From an uncultured Acidobacteriota bacterium (GTDB taxonomy: Bacteria > Acidobacteriota > Thermoanaerobaculia > Gp7-AA8), in the NCBI GenBank assembly GCA_963741955.1, contig CAVUKB010000007.1, forward strand, positions 28,246 through 92,245: a DNA stretch of 64,000 bases. Reading direction: 5' to 3'. The notes under the pieces were generated by a model. The model had not been told where the DNA came from. It was given only the letters and a program-made list of their open reading frames with translations, and did no database searches. Positions 30,555 through 42,116 of the stretch are shown here, one piece after another. How positions within the stretch are numbered: the stretch's first letter is position 1; every line of letters begins with the position of its first letter. Both the position numbers and the translations under genes were made by a program.

Positions 30555-31780
30555 TCACTCGTACCGCAGCGCTTCGATCGGATCGAGCCCGGCGGCTTTC
30601 CGCGCGGGGTACACACCGAAGACGATTCCGATGCCGGCGGCGCAGCCGAATGCGAGCGCGATGGAGCTGGATGTGACCGAGACGGGCCAGCCCGCCGCGT
30701 GCGACAGCATCCGCGACGCGCCGACTCCGAGAAGCACTCCGATCGCTCCTCCTGCGACGGAAAGGGCGATCGCCTCCAGTAGGAACTGGAGGAGCACGTG
30801 CCTTCCCTTCGCGCCCACGGCCATCCGGATGCCGATCTCCCGGGTCCGCTCGGTCACCGAGACGAGCATGATGTTCATGATCCCGATTCCGCCGACGATG
30901 AGGGAGATCGCGGCGACCGACCCGAGGAGCAGCTTCAGCGTGCGCGAGGTATCTGCGGCGCGTGAGGCGATCTCCTCCTGGGAGCGCATCATGAAATCGG
31001 TGTCCTGACCCGGCTGGATGTGATGCCGCTGGCGCAGGACGGCGTCGATCTCGTGCTGCGCCTCCTCCACCCGGCTCTCCGAGACTGCGGAGACGTAGAT
31101 GATCTGGAGTTTGGTGGTGCCGATCAGCCGCTTCATCGCCGTGGTGTACGGGATCACGATGGTGTCGTCCTGATCCTGCCCCATGGTCGATCCACCCTTC
31201 CGTTCCAGCACGCCGTCCACCCGGAACGGGACGTTTCTGATCCGGATCACCTGTCCGACCGGATTCCCCTCCGGGAAGAGATTCTCCGACACGGTTTTTC
31301 CGATCACCGCGACCTTCGAACCTGCCTTGACTTCGCCGTCGGTGAAGAACTCCCCTTCGTCGACGTTCCAGGCCCGGATCATCGGCCAGTCGACGTCGAC
31401 GCCGTTGATCGAGGTTCCCCAGTTCATCTCCCCGGCCACGACCTGGGCCGCGGTGCGGACGCCGGGGGAGACGTACGCCACGCTCGGGCACTCGGTCTTG
31501 ATCGCCTGCGCGTCTTCGGGGGTGAGGTTCGACTGGCCGGTGAAGATGTGCGCGCCGGATTGGGTCGAGGCCCCGGGAAAGATCATGATGAAGTTGCTGC
31601 CGAGCGAGTTGATGGTCGCCTGAACCGACTGCGAAGCGCCGCTCGCGACGGCGACCATCGCGATCACGCACGCCACACCGATCACGATCCCGAGCATGGT
31701 CAGTGCGGAGCGGAGCTTGTTGCGTGCGATCGCCTTCAGCCCGACCCGCGAGATGTTCCAGAAGCGGAGTACGGAAGCTC

Positions 31781-31784
<4 letters not shown>
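30555..31784 (-). CDS. ABC transporter permease, MacB/FtsX family
   Basis: N-terminal TM, large periplasmic domain, C-terminal FtsX-like four-TM region. ATGA overlap with the upstream ATPase gene. Confidence 0.85.
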
Positions 31785-32508
<724 letters not shown>

Positions 32509-32512
<4 letters not shown>

Positions 32513-33768
32513 AATCGTCCCATCCGCGGGCCGCGCCGCCCCTCTTCGGCCTTCGCCGTCACCTTTCCGACGACCACTTTGTCGCCCGGCTTCAGTTCTC
32601 CGTCCACCACGGCGGTGAACCGTCCGTCGCTGATGCCGGTTCGGATCTTCACCGGACGGAGTGCGTCGTTCGGCCCGAGCACATACACCGTCTGCATGTG
32701 CCGGTCGTGCCGGCGCCCGCCGACGGCGGCACCCATCGCGCCGATTCCGCCTCCTTCACCGCTCGTCGCGACGGAGCGCTCGAACGACGTGGAAGGCCCG
32801 GTCTCGGGTCCGTTGCCGCTCTTCCTGCCGGTGGCGTCCGGGTCGGGGCGGAACCGAAGTGCCGCGTTCGGGACGCGGAGCACATTCGGGACGGACGCGA
32901 CGTCGATGGTGACATTGGCGGTCATCTGCGGTCGAAGTCGTTTGTCGGGATTCGGGACCTGAATGATCACGGGGTACGTGACCACGTTCTGGTTGGTAGT
33001 CGCGTTGAGCCGGATCTGCGAGATCTTTCCCTGGAACGTCTCTTCCGGATAAGCGTCGACGGTGAATCGTGCGGTCTGGCCGACGCGGACGCGGCCTATG
33101 TCCGACTGATCGACGTCGGCCTGGACCTGCATCTTGGTGAGGTCCTGGGCGATGGTGAAGAGCGTCGGAGCCTGAAACGAAGCAGCCACCGTCTGGCCGA
33201 CGTCGTACTGGCGCGCCGCGACCACCCCATCGATCGGGGAGAGGATCCTGGTGTACTGCAGATTCGTCTCGGCCTGCCGCAGTGCCGCACGTGACATGTC
33301 GAGCTGCGCACGCGCCGCATCGTAGGCCGCCTTTGCCGTGTCGAGATCGGCCTGGGCGGTCAGTCCCTGATCGACGAGACGCTTCTGGCGCTGGTAAGTG
33401 ATCTGCGAATTACGAACTTCCACCTCCGAGCGCTCGGCGTCAGCCCGTCGCTGTTCCACCTGTGCCTGGAACGGCGTCGGATCGAGCTCCGCGATCAGCT
33501 GTCCCTTCTTCACCGGGCTGTTGAAGTCCGCGTAGAGCCGGGAAATGACACCCGAGACCTGACTTCCGACCTGCACGGTGGTCACCGCCGAGAGCGTGCC
33601 GGTCGCGGTCACGGTCATGGTGACGGTGCCGCGATCCGCAGCGAAGGAGCGGTAGGCTTCTTCCGATTTGTTCTTTCGTCCGGCGAATGCTTTCCATCCG
33701 AGAACGAAGATGATGCCGAGCACGAGAATTGTGACGGCCCAGCGAAGGGGGGTTCTTCTCTTTTCCAT
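32509..33768 (-). CDS. Efflux periplasmic adaptor (HlyD/MacA family)
   Basis: N-terminal TM. Coiled-coil (AQVEQRRADAERSE...). Beta-barrel and membrane-proximal segments. ATG at 33768 with an AGGGAG RBS. The track ORF to 34212 is an extension. Confidence 0.8.
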
Positions 33769-34059
33769 GGGGCTCCCTGGACGATCCGGGCGACGACTCT
33801 GACACTCATTGCGGCCCGGCGATTCGACAATTCTGTAACGTTTCGTCGCACGGCCGTCTTCCTCTAACTGCCCCCCAGGTCGTGGCTGAAGTGTGACGAT
33901 CTCCCCATCCTTTCCTGACAGGACCGTGCGATTGTAAAAACGGAGTAATTCCACCCATTTGGGGGATGACGCCGGGGGAGCCGCGGGCCGATCATGAAGA
34001 TCCGGGATGAAACGGAAGCGGTGGGGAAGACACCCAGTCATGCAGGAGGCGGGACTCAA

Positions 34060-34617
34060 ATGGGTCGCTACATCCAGAAGGTATCGATCGGATCGAGGGA
34101 GACGTGGGTCGGCTGGATCCTCGACGGCATCGAAGGGGAGATCGACGGATTGACTCCGGCCGACGAGATGTCGGAAGAGGAGCTTGCCCTGAAAGGGGTC
34201 CGCGAGTTCCATCAGGCTCCGCGGGCCATGCTCGGTCAGGTCGAGAAGCGTCGTCGTCGCCGGATCCGGCTCTCGGCGCCCCTGCAGGCGAACGTCAATT
34301 CACGGACGGCGGAAGTGTGGGATCTGAGCTCGAGCGGAGTCGGGATCCAGCACCAGTTCAAGCTCAAACCCGCCACGGAGATCACGGTGGAGATCCAGGG
34401 CCCGGAAGGCCGGAGGTCACTCCGGTTCGAGGTGCTTCGCTGCGAGCTCTCCCGGAGTCTGAAGGCGACCGGAGAGATCCTCTACTACTCGGCGCTCAGA
34501 CTCGCGGATGGAGCGATGGACGCCGGCGAGTTTCTCCGGCGGTTGATGGACCGCAATGCGGACAACGCGTTCGGCCTCCCGGACGGGGCGGCGCGTTCAC
34601 GTCACGCATTCCTCTAG
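34060..34617 (+). CDS. PilZ domain protein (c-di-GMP receptor)
   Basis: RRRRRIR (RxxxR) and DLSSSGVGI (DxSxxG) motifs. AGGAGG RBS before the ATG at 34060. Confidence 0.6.
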   Translation: MGRYIQKVSIGSRETWVGWILDGIEGEIDGLTPADEMSEEELALKGVREFHQAPRAMLGQVEKRRRRRIRLSAPLQANVNSRTAEVWDLSSSGVGIQHQFKLKPATEITVEIQGPEGRRSLRFEVLRCELSRSLKATGEILYYSALRLADGAMDAGEFLRRLMDRNADNAFGLPDGAARSRHAFL

Positions 34618-34795
34618 CCCGCATTTCTCACACCGTCTCGTCGCGAGGAGGCGGAGAGTGACTTGGATGCAAGGCGCGCCCGGCTTCGGCGACGAAGGCA
34701 TAGTGGTGACTATGTCGAGGAGCCGAAGCGGGGCGCAACGCAGCAGACACACCGCTATCCGTCTCCGCAGCAGAGATGGTGTGAGAAATGCGGGC
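34617..34795 (+). mobile_element. B-type element, copy 2, directly 5' of the IS
   Basis: Same TIRs as 26091..26269. The junction reads gcgggc-TA-ggagtctgcgcggtag. Confidence 0.7.
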
Positions 34796-34797
34796 TA

Positions 34798-36390
34798 GGA
34801 GTCTGCGCGGTAGGACGAAACTTCGGCGCTTCCTGAAGATCTCGGAAGACGTCCACTCGCGAGCGGCACAACCGCGGCACCGAAGCGCCTTCAGGTTGAT
34901 GGTGCCGTTCTCGGGGAGTTGGCAGCGCGAAACACTTGTTCGGCGGGACTTTTCGGGGGTTGGATACTGCTCTGCCGCGGCTATTCGAGCGCAACCAGAG
35001 CGCTCATTCGCTTTAGATTGATCACCAGGCACACCAGAGCCCATTCGCCGGCAACTTTGCGCATCCCGCGGAGACTGAATCGTCGAAAGCCGAGAACGTT
35101 TTTGACCCAGCCAAACACCGGTTCAACGATTGCCTTTCGCCGGCGATAGACCGCCTTGCCTGGAGGTGAGTCCAACTTCTGCTTCATCCGCAGAGTCGCG
35201 GGGAGCGTCGTCTCAGCTGCGGCTTCTTTACCTTCTCGTCCGAGAGAAACATAGGCATCGATCTTCTTCTGCTCCAACTCGATGAACGAGGTTTCCGATC
35301 TGTAGCCGGCGTCTGCAACAACCTGGTCGGGAGTTGTTTCGCAATTCTGTTCGACCACCTCGACCAAAGGCAGGAGTGATCCGCTGTCCGCCGCAGATTG
35401 TGTGATCTCGAATCCAACGATGAGTTGGTTATAGGCATCAACTGCGATCTGCGCGTTGTAGCACTGCTGAAATCCTTCCTGGGACTTCATGATTCGGCTC
35501 TCGGAATCGGTGAAGTTTTCTTGCGCTTTGTCATCAGGTACGCCGAACTTCCGTTTGAATGGCTTACCCTTCTTCCTGGCCGGATCATCGTCGCCTTCGG
35601 AGCGACCATCCTTCGTGTCCTGTTCCCGCTGCCGTTGTTCGAGTCGCTCTCGTGCCTCTTTGATTTTTTGGATACGAGTCTCCCGGCGCTGGAGCTCTTC
35701 GGGCAACTCATCCCCGCGTCGATCAACTCCGTACTCGGCATCCTCCCGGGCATCCTCCTCCGCCGCGGTGGCCAAAATGTCCGCGATCTCCTTCTCGAGT
35801 TTTGCTTGTTCCTTCTTCATCCGATCGTAGCTCATCGCCTTGTGCTTGCTGGCATTCGCTCGGACCTTCGACCCGTCGATTGCAATCCTCCCGAGCGTAA
35901 CTAACCCTGTTTCCTGGGCGGTCCGAATGATCTGGACCAGTAAGGAGCTGAACGCGTCCACATGCTCGAGCCGAAAGTCGCAGATGGTTCGATGCGACGG
36001 AAAGTTCCCGGCCGCAAGATACCGGACGGCGACATCTTCATCGATCCGCCGGGCAATCTTGCGCGAGGAGAACGTTCCCGTCAGGTACGAATAGATGATC
36101 AACTTGAGCATCATCCTTGGCTCGTACGGCTGCTTCCGTCTCCCGTCGCCTTTGTACGGCTCGTAGAATGCACTCAGATCGAGCTGATCGACGATGTCGA
36201 AAACGAAGTGCGCCAAGTGACCCTCAGGGAGCCAGTCATATGGCGAGGGCGGAAGCAGCAGCGACTGCTCCGGTCGGTATGGCCTATACGTGGTCGGCAT
36301 GACCCAATCTTACCATATTATTGTTATTACTAATCATACCCTTTTATCATGTTCCTTTGCCGTGCACCGGTTTTCTACCGCGCAGACTCC
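34798..36390 (-). mobile_element. Complete IS element, IS1182-like (IS5 superfamily), about 1.6 kb, with TIRs ggagtctgcgcggtag shared by the A-type MITEs
   Basis: Left end ggagtctgcgcggtaggacgaaac. Right end gttttctaccgcgcagactcc. One DDE transposase ORF inside. Confidence 0.75.
34981..36300 (-). CDS. IS1182/IS5-superfamily DDE transposase
   Basis: N-terminal DUF772-like MMLKLIIYSYLTGTFSSRKIARRI. DGSKVRANAS. Coiled-coil insert. C-terminal VEPVFGWVKNVLGFRRFSLRGMRKVAGEWALVCLVINLKRM. Confidence 0.8.
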   Translation of the reverse strand: MPTTYRPYRPEQSLLLPPSPYDWLPEGHLAHFVFDIVDQLDLSAFYEPYKGDGRRKQPYEPRMMLKLIIYSYLTGTFSSRKIARRIDEDVAVRYLAAGNFPSHRTICDFRLEHVDAFSSLLVQIIRTAQETGLVTLGRIAIDGSKVRANASKHKAMSYDRMKKEQAKLEKEIADILATAAEEDAREDAEYGVDRRGDELPEELQRRETRIQKIKEARERLEQRQREQDTKDGRSEGDDDPARKKGKPFKRKFGVPDDKAQENFTDSESRIMKSQEGFQQCYNAQIAVDAYNQLIVGFEITQSAADSGSLLPLVEVVEQNCETTPDQVVADAGYRSETSFIELEQKKIDAYVSLGREGKEAAAETTLPATLRMKQKLDSPPGKAVYRRRKAIVEPVFGWVKNVLGFRRFSLRGMRKVAGEWALVCLVINLKRMSALVALE

Positions 36391-36392
36391 TA

Positions 36393-36553
36393 GGAGTCTG
36401 CGCGGTAGAAACTGTCCTACTGCGAAAGCGGATCAACGGTCCAAATCCGCCCGGATTTTCGGCGAGTAGCCACCGCTACGCACCTCAAATCCGAACGAAT
36501 TTGTCCTCGTTGCTCCGCTTTCTCGCTACGGACGTTTCTACCGCGCAGACTCC
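36393..36553 (+). mobile_element. MITE A-type, copy 3, separated from the IS right end only by TA
   Basis: Junction gactcc-TA-ggagtc forms a palindrome. Confidence 0.8.
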
Positions 36554-36657
36554 TAGCGGCGAGGAGGGATTCCGCGACGTGATTCGTCCCTCCCGGCGGA
36601 GTCGCTGAACCTTCGTCTCCCTCTTCTCTTCGGATCTCATGCGATAATCGCCCGGTT

Positions 36658-38166
36658 TTGCATCCGATCGATCTCGTCATCATTTTTCTCTACGTCGCGG
36701 GCGTCCTGATCGCCGGGGCCTGGTTCGGCCGCCGCCAGCGCTCCACGGCTCACTATTTCTTCGCCACTCAGCACGTCCCCTGGTGGGCGGTCGGCGCGTC
36801 GATCGTCGCCACCGAGACATCGACCATCAGCTTCATCTCCGTCCCGGGGATCGCATACGCACGCGGGGGAAACTTCACCTTTCTCCAACTCGTCTTCGGA
36901 TATCTCGTGGGACGGGTGATCATCTCCTTCCTCTTCATCCCCTCTTACTTCAAAGGAAAGCTGACCACCGTCTACGAGCTTCTCCACGGACGCTTCGGAC
37001 AGGCGGTGACCTCCCTCTCCGCCGCGCTCTTCGTGATCATGCGATCGATCGCGGATGGGGTGCGGCTCCTCCTCACCGCGATCGTCCTCGCCGGGGTATA
37101 CCGGACCTTCGTTCCCTCGGCAAACATGACCTCGGCGTTGACCGGTTCGATCCTCGCGCTCGGCGTGGTCATGGTGGTTCTCTTCTATCTCGGCGGGATG
37201 GAAGCGATCATCTGGGTCGAGTTCGTGCAGCTGTTCATCTACATCGGAGGGGCGATCGCTGCGGGCGTCGTGCTCGTGCATGGAATCCCGGGAGGGCTCG
37301 GAGCGGCACTCGACATCGGCCACCAGTACGGGAAGTTCCAGCTCCTCGACTTCTCGGCCAGCCTGACGCGCTCTTTCACGTTCTGGGCAGGAGTGATCGG
37401 CGGATGCTTTCTCACCATGAGCACGCACGGAACCGATCAGTTCATGGTTCAGCGCTATCTCTCGACCGCCGGCCCGCGCCCTGCAGCCGCAGGGCTGCTG
37501 ACTTCGGCGGTGGTGGTGCTCGTCCAGTTCATCGGATTTCTCTTCCTCGGGGTGCTTCTGTTCGCGTGGTACGCGCCGTACAAGCTCGCGACGTGGGCCA
37601 CCGGCAGTCCGGCTGCACCCTTCATCTCACCGGACCAGGTCTTCCCCAACTTCATCACCCATCACCTGCCGACCGGCCTGTCGGGACTGGTGGTCGCTGC
37701 GATTCTGGCGGCAGCCATGTCGTCGTCGATCAACTCCATCGCGGCGACGGCGATGTCGGACCTCTACCGCCCGATCTTCCGGGGACGGAGCGACCGGCAC
37801 TACCTGAACGTCTCGAAGGTTCTGACCATCGTCGCCGGAATCGTGCAGATCGGCGTTGCGCTCGGAATGGCCGGCATGACTCGCTCGGCACTCGACACCG
37901 CCCTTTCGGTCGCGTCGCTGATCAACGGCCCGGTACTCGGAGTCTTCCTCCTCGGCGCAGCGAAACGGGGCCGGACCACGGCGGCACTGAGCGGAATGAC
38001 GGCCGGCATCATCGCCGTCGCGGTGGTCTGGCTCGGCACGCCGCTCGCGTGGCCCTGGTACACCGTGGTGGGGTCCGTCACCACGTTCGCGGTCGGGCTT
38101 TTCGTGTCGCTCGTGAAGGGAGAGACGGCGAGCGAGATTGCGCTCGGGACCGGCGAGGCGGAGTAG
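36658..38166 (+). CDS. Sodium:solute symporter family (SSS) transporter
   Basis: About 13 TM helices. N-terminal HPIDLVIIFLYVAGVLIAGAWFGRR and WWAVGASIVATETSTISFISVPG typical of SSF. Confidence 0.8.
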   Translation: MHPIDLVIIFLYVAGVLIAGAWFGRRQRSTAHYFFATQHVPWWAVGASIVATETSTISFISVPGIAYARGGNFTFLQLVFGYLVGRVIISFLFIPSYFKGKLTTVYELLHGRFGQAVTSLSAALFVIMRSIADGVRLLLTAIVLAGVYRTFVPSANMTSALTGSILALGVVMVVLFYLGGMEAIIWVEFVQLFIYIGGAIAAGVVLVHGIPGGLGAALDIGHQYGKFQLLDFSASLTRSFTFWAGVIGGCFLTMSTHGTDQFMVQRYLSTAGPRPAAAGLLTSAVVVLVQFIGFLFLGVLLFAWYAPYKLATWATGSPAAPFISPDQVFPNFITHHLPTGLSGLVVAAILAAAMSSSINSIAATAMSDLYRPIFRGRSDRHYLNVSKVLTIVAGIVQIGVALGMAGMTRSALDTALSVASLINGPVLGVFLLGAAKRGRTTAALSGMTAGIIAVAVVWLGTPLAWPWYTVVGSVTTFAVGLFVSLVKGETASEIALGTGEAE

Positions 38167-38175
38167 GATGCGCGC

Positions 38176-39060
38176 ATGCCGGAGCTGCCGGATGTCGCCG
38201 TCTATGTCGATGCGCTGGAAAAGCGGATCTCCGGCCAGACGCTGCTGAACATCCGCTTCGCAAATCCGTTCGTTCTCCGCACCGTCGAGCCGTCGAAAGA
38301 GGAGCTGGTCGGACGCAGAGTGACCGGGCTGCGGAGGATCGGGAAACGGATCGTGATCGGGCTCTCCGAGGAGCTCTTCATCGTGATCCATCTGATGATC
38401 GCGGGAAGATTCAGATGGCTGGCAGAGGGCGCGAAGATCCCCGGGAAGATCGGTCTCGCCGCGTTCGATTTTTCCAGTGGTACCCTCGTGCTGACGGAAG
38501 CCGGCTCGAAAAGAAGGGCTTCGATCCATTTCATCCGCGGAGTGGATGCTCTCCGTTCCCTCGACCCGGGCGGTGCCGAAGTGTTCGAGATCTCTCTCGA
38601 AGAATTCGCGCGCATCGTGAGGAGGGAGAACCACACCCTCAAGCGGAGCCTCACCGATCCGCGCAATTTCAGCGGAATCGGTAACGCGTATTCGGATGAG
38701 ATTCTGTGGGCCGCGCGGCTCTCGCCTCTCGTGCTGACGCAGAAACTCGGAGACGAAGAGATCGAGCGGCTGTTCAGCGCGACGCGTGCGACGTTGAAGG
38801 AGTGGACCGAGCGGTTGCGAGAAGCGTACGGCGGGAAGTTCCCGGAGAAAGTCACCGCGTTTCGGGAGGGGATGGCGGTCCACGGGCGTTTTGGTGAGCC
38901 GTGTCCGGCGTGCGGAAGCAAAGTGCAGCACATCGTCTATGCCGACAACGAGACGAACTACTGTGCCCGTTGCCAGACCGGAGGAAAGCTTCTCGCAGAC
39001 CGCGCGATGTCGCGCCTGCTGCACGGCGACTGGCCTAATTCGATCGACGAGCTCGAGTGA
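38176..39060 (+). CDS. Fpg/Nei family DNA glycosylase / AP lyase
   Basis: N-terminal MPELPDV (catalytic Pro2/Glu3). H2TH region. C-terminal zinc finger CPACGSKV...CARCQ. Confidence 0.85.
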   Translation: MPELPDVAVYVDALEKRISGQTLLNIRFANPFVLRTVEPSKEELVGRRVTGLRRIGKRIVIGLSEELFIVIHLMIAGRFRWLAEGAKIPGKIGLAAFDFSSGTLVLTEAGSKRRASIHFIRGVDALRSLDPGGAEVFEISLEEFARIVRRENHTLKRSLTDPRNFSGIGNAYSDEILWAARLSPLVLTQKLGDEEIERLFSATRATLKEWTERLREAYGGKFPEKVTAFREGMAVHGRFGEPCPACGSKVQHIVYADNETNYCARCQTGGKLLADRAMSRLLHGDWPNSIDELE

Positions 39061-39106
39061 AGAACGCGCGCTGCGGAGGGGAAGGAGCGACGTGCGTGCG
39101 CAGTGG

Positions 39107-39586
39107 TCAGGATTGCTTCGGCCGCGAGATCGTCCCGGTACGGGCCTCCGTCACACGCGCGTAATCGGCGGGATCGAGGAGAATCTGGGTTCCGCGGACT
39201 CCCGCAGAAACGGAGATGAGATCCCAATCGAGAGCACTCCGGTCGAGGTAGACCGGAAACTTCTTTTTCGCACCGAGAACCGTCACGCCTCCGCGGATGT
39301 AACCGGTCAGCGGCTGGACCTCCTTGAGGGCGACGGTGTCGACCTTCCGGTCGCCACTGAGCTTCGCCAGCGCCTTGAGGTCGAGCTCGAGATCGCCGGG
39401 AACCACGGCGAAACAGACTCCGTGCCGGTCGCCGCGTGCGACGAGCGTCTTGAAGACCTGTCGTGCCGGGAAGCCGATCTTCGCGGCCACCGCCTCCGCG
39501 GAAAGATCGTCGGGATCGACGTCGTACTCGCGGCATTCGTACCGGACACCGAGCGAGTCGAGAAGGCGTGCTGCATTCGTCTTCAT
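39107..39586 (-). CDS. ybaK: Cys-tRNA(Pro)/Cys-tRNA(Cys) deacylase YbaK
   Basis: MKTNAARLLDSLGVRYECREY... full-length match to the YbaK family, about 159 aa. Confidence 0.85.
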   Translation of the reverse strand: MKTNAARLLDSLGVRYECREYDVDPDDLSAEAVAAKIGFPARQVFKTLVARGDRHGVCFAVVPGDLELDLKALAKLSGDRKVDTVALKEVQPLTGYIRGGVTVLGAKKKFPVYLDRSALDWDLISVSAGVRGTQILLDPADYARVTEARTGTISRPKQS

Positions 39587-40410
39587 CCGGTGATTTCCGA
39601 TGCGGCGAACGCGCCGGCCGTTCCCGCCTCCACGCCGCGGATCCAGTCGCGGAGCACCTCAGTCAGGCGCGCCGGCTGTTCCATCACCAGGCCGTGGCCG
39701 CAGTCTTCGAACAGCGCGAGCCGTGCTCCGGGGATCCGGCTTGCGAGCTCTTTCGACTCGGCGGGAGGGAATGTCACGTCGTGGTCCGCCGCGACGACGA
39801 GGGTGGGCGCGGTGATTCGAGGAAGCAGCGGAGTGAGGTCGAGATTCTCGAGCGCGAGGAGGGAGTCGGCGATTCCGCGGAACCACCAGTCGGGAAGATA
39901 CGCGACCTGCTGGCGCCGCAGGGCGAGCGTCGCGGCTTCCCGCGTCCGGTAGCTCTCGCTGAAGGTGTGCGCGGTCAGGATGTCGTAGAGGTTCTGCCGA
40001 TCCCCGCCGGCCGCTGCATCGAGGCAGGCTTCACGAAGCAGAAGCGTCTTCTCCCACATTGCCGGCCGGACGCGATCGGAAGCGGTGATCGCGATGACGG
40101 ATGCGGTCCGGGAGGGATGCTCGGCTGCGAACTGGAGAGCGACGAATGCGCCGAAGGAAGTTCCTGCGACGTGTACGCGATCGCAGCCCAGCGAGTCGAG
40201 CAGTGCTGCGACGTCCTCCACGTGACCGCCGATGGTGCGAGGAGGATCACCCGGAGAGAGGAGCTGCCCGCGGAAGTCGCAGCGGATCACACGGTAGTGC
40301 GCAGCGAGTGGTGCCGCGATCTCCTCCCACGCCGCGAAGGACATCATCCCTCCGTTCAGGAGAAGAAGAGCGGGGCCGGTGCCGTCGGATCGGTGAGTCA
40401 GAAGTTCCAT
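39583..40410 (-). CDS. Alpha/beta hydrolase
   Basis: Nucleophile elbow GTSFG. HGxP-like LLLLNGGMMS. ATGA overlap with ybaK. Confidence 0.75.
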   Translation of the reverse strand: MELLTHRSDGTGPALLLLNGGMMSFAAWEEIAAPLAAHYRVIRCDFRGQLLSPGDPPRTIGGHVEDVAALLDSLGCDRVHVAGTSFGAFVALQFAAEHPSRTASVIAITASDRVRPAMWEKTLLLREACLDAAAGGDRQNLYDILTAHTFSESYRTREAATLALRRQQVAYLPDWWFRGIADSLLALENLDLTPLLPRITAPTLVVAADHDVTFPPAESKELASRIPGARLALFEDCGHGLVMEQPARLTEVLRDWIRGVEAGTAGAFAASEITG

Positions 40411-40609
40411 CAGCGCACTCCTCGTAAAACCGAATGGCGGATCGGTTTTTACCGATCATCGGTTCTCGGGTGCGACGTGTCAAGGTGGATCGAGCCGAGC
40501 GCCGCACGATCTCGCGGTCGAGCTCGAACGAAATTCGAGCCTTCCGTCCATCGGCGCGCAGCGGGCGGAGTCACTTCAGTCGCCGGGAGTCCACCTCGCG
40601 GCAAAAGCC

Positions 40610-41989
40610 TCAGATCGCAGCGTCCGGCTCGGTCTTGTGCTTCCCGAAGAGAACCGACTCGTCGATCTCCCCTTCGCTGTGAGCCACCACCAGCGCCGTG
40701 ACTGCGTCGCTGGTGACGTTCACCGCGGTGCGGGTCATGTCGAGGAGCCGGTCCACGGTCCAGATGATCGCGGTGTACGCCACGGGCAGCCCGACCGCCT
40801 GAAGGATGATCACCATCATCACCAGTCCGGCGTGAGGAATTCCCGCCGCACCGATACTCACCATCAGTGCGAGGAAGACGATGATCAGCTGGGCGCTGAA
40901 CGTGAGCGTGAAGTGCGGATCGATCATCGAATGGATCTGGGCGATGAAGATCACGCTGACGCACTCGTAAAGAGCGGTGCCGTTCATGTTGATCGTCGCG
41001 CCGAGCGGGAGAACGAAGCTGGTGACTTCGTTCGAGATTCCTGCACCGTCTTCCGCCCGCTCCATCGTCACGCCGAGCGTACCGCTGCTGGAGGCGGTCG
41101 AAAACGCCGTGAGGAGAGCGGGGGTGAGCACCCGATAAAACTTGATCGGATTCCGGCGGGTGAGGATGAGCACGAGCAGAGGGAGAGTGATGAAAAGGTG
41201 GATCAGAAGCGCCGACAGGACCGTGACCACGTACCAGAGCATGCTGATGAAGATCTCGGGACCGGTCGTCGCGACCATCCTGCCGATCAGAGCTGCGATG
41301 CCGACCGGCGCAAGGGCGATCACGAAACGGGTCATCTTCAGCATGATCTCTCCACCCGAGTCGATGAACGCGAGCATCGGAGCCTGCTTCGCTTCGTCGA
41401 TGCTCAGCAGGAAGATGCCGAAGAGGAGGGTGAAGAAGATCACTCCGATCAGGTCGAAGTTCGCCGCGGACGCGACGATGTTGTCCGGGACCATCGCCTG
41501 GAGCACGGTCCAGAACGATTCGGGAACTGCGGCGCTCACTTCGGCCGCCGCAGGGAGAGTCAGATGAATGCCGTAGCCGGGACGGATGGTATTCACCAGC
41601 AGCAGTCCGGTGACGATCGCGATCAGGCCGGTGAGGAGGTACATGCCGAGCGTCTTCCACCCGATGCGCCAGAGGCGCTTCATGTTCCCCATTCCCGCCA
41701 CTCCGCCTGCGAGCGAAAAGAAGACGAGAGGGATGACGATCAGCTTGAGGAGCTTGAGAAAGATCTCCGCGATCCCCTCGAGGGCCTGATAGAGATCCGT
41801 CTTCTCCAGGTTCGCCTTCAGTTTCGTCGCAATGTCGGCGGCATGCGCGGTCACCTCGGCGCGCGTATACGAGGGGCCGAGCACTTCGACCCGCGCCTCG
41901 TGGATGTTCGCGCGATAGATTGCGGTACCGATCAGGGCGCCTGCGAGGACGCCGAGGAGAACCCACCAGTGGAGACCGATTCTTCGCAT
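40610..41989 (-). CDS. Dicarboxylate/amino acid:cation symporter (DAACS, GltP/DctA family)
   Basis: Full-length similarity to sodium:dicarboxylate symporters. The overlapping 505-aa Arg-rich ORF in another frame was rejected. Confidence 0.85.
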   Translation of the reverse strand: MRRIGLHWWVLLGVLAGALIGTAIYRANIHEARVEVLGPSYTRAEVTAHAADIATKLKANLEKTDLYQALEGIAEIFLKLLKLIVIPLVFFSLAGGVAGMGNMKRLWRIGWKTLGMYLLTGLIAIVTGLLLVNTIRPGYGIHLTLPAAAEVSAAVPESFWTVLQAMVPDNIVASAANFDLIGVIFFTLLFGIFLLSIDEAKQAPMLAFIDSGGEIMLKMTRFVIALAPVGIAALIGRMVATTGPEIFISMLWYVVTVLSALLIHLFITLPLLVLILTRRNPIKFYRVLTPALLTAFSTASSSGTLGVTMERAEDGAGISNEVTSFVLPLGATINMNGTALYECVSVIFIAQIHSMIDPHFTLTFSAQLIIVFLALMVSIGAAGIPHAGLVMMVIILQAVGLPVAYTAIIWTVDRLLDMTRTAVNVTSDAVTALVVAHSEGEIDESVLFGKHKTEPDAAI

Positions 41990-42116
41990 GACGGACGGAA
42001 CTATAGCAGGAACGTAAACTGCGTTCGAAGCGCCGGCCGTGCGTGCCGCGATCAGCGAGGCGAATGACGATCCGGTACCCGGTGGGGGGAAGACTCAGGA
42101 AGAGCCGACGACATGA

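Noticed and set aside
36783-39024. 633-aa plus-strand and 465-aa minus-strand ORFs
   Set aside because: Alternative-frame and antisense ORFs overlapping the well-supported SSS transporter and Fpg/Nei genes. Arg-rich.
40449-41966. 505-aa minus-strand ORF
   Set aside because: Same strand as the DAACS symporter but in a different frame. Arg-rich. The symporter frame has full-length family similarity.
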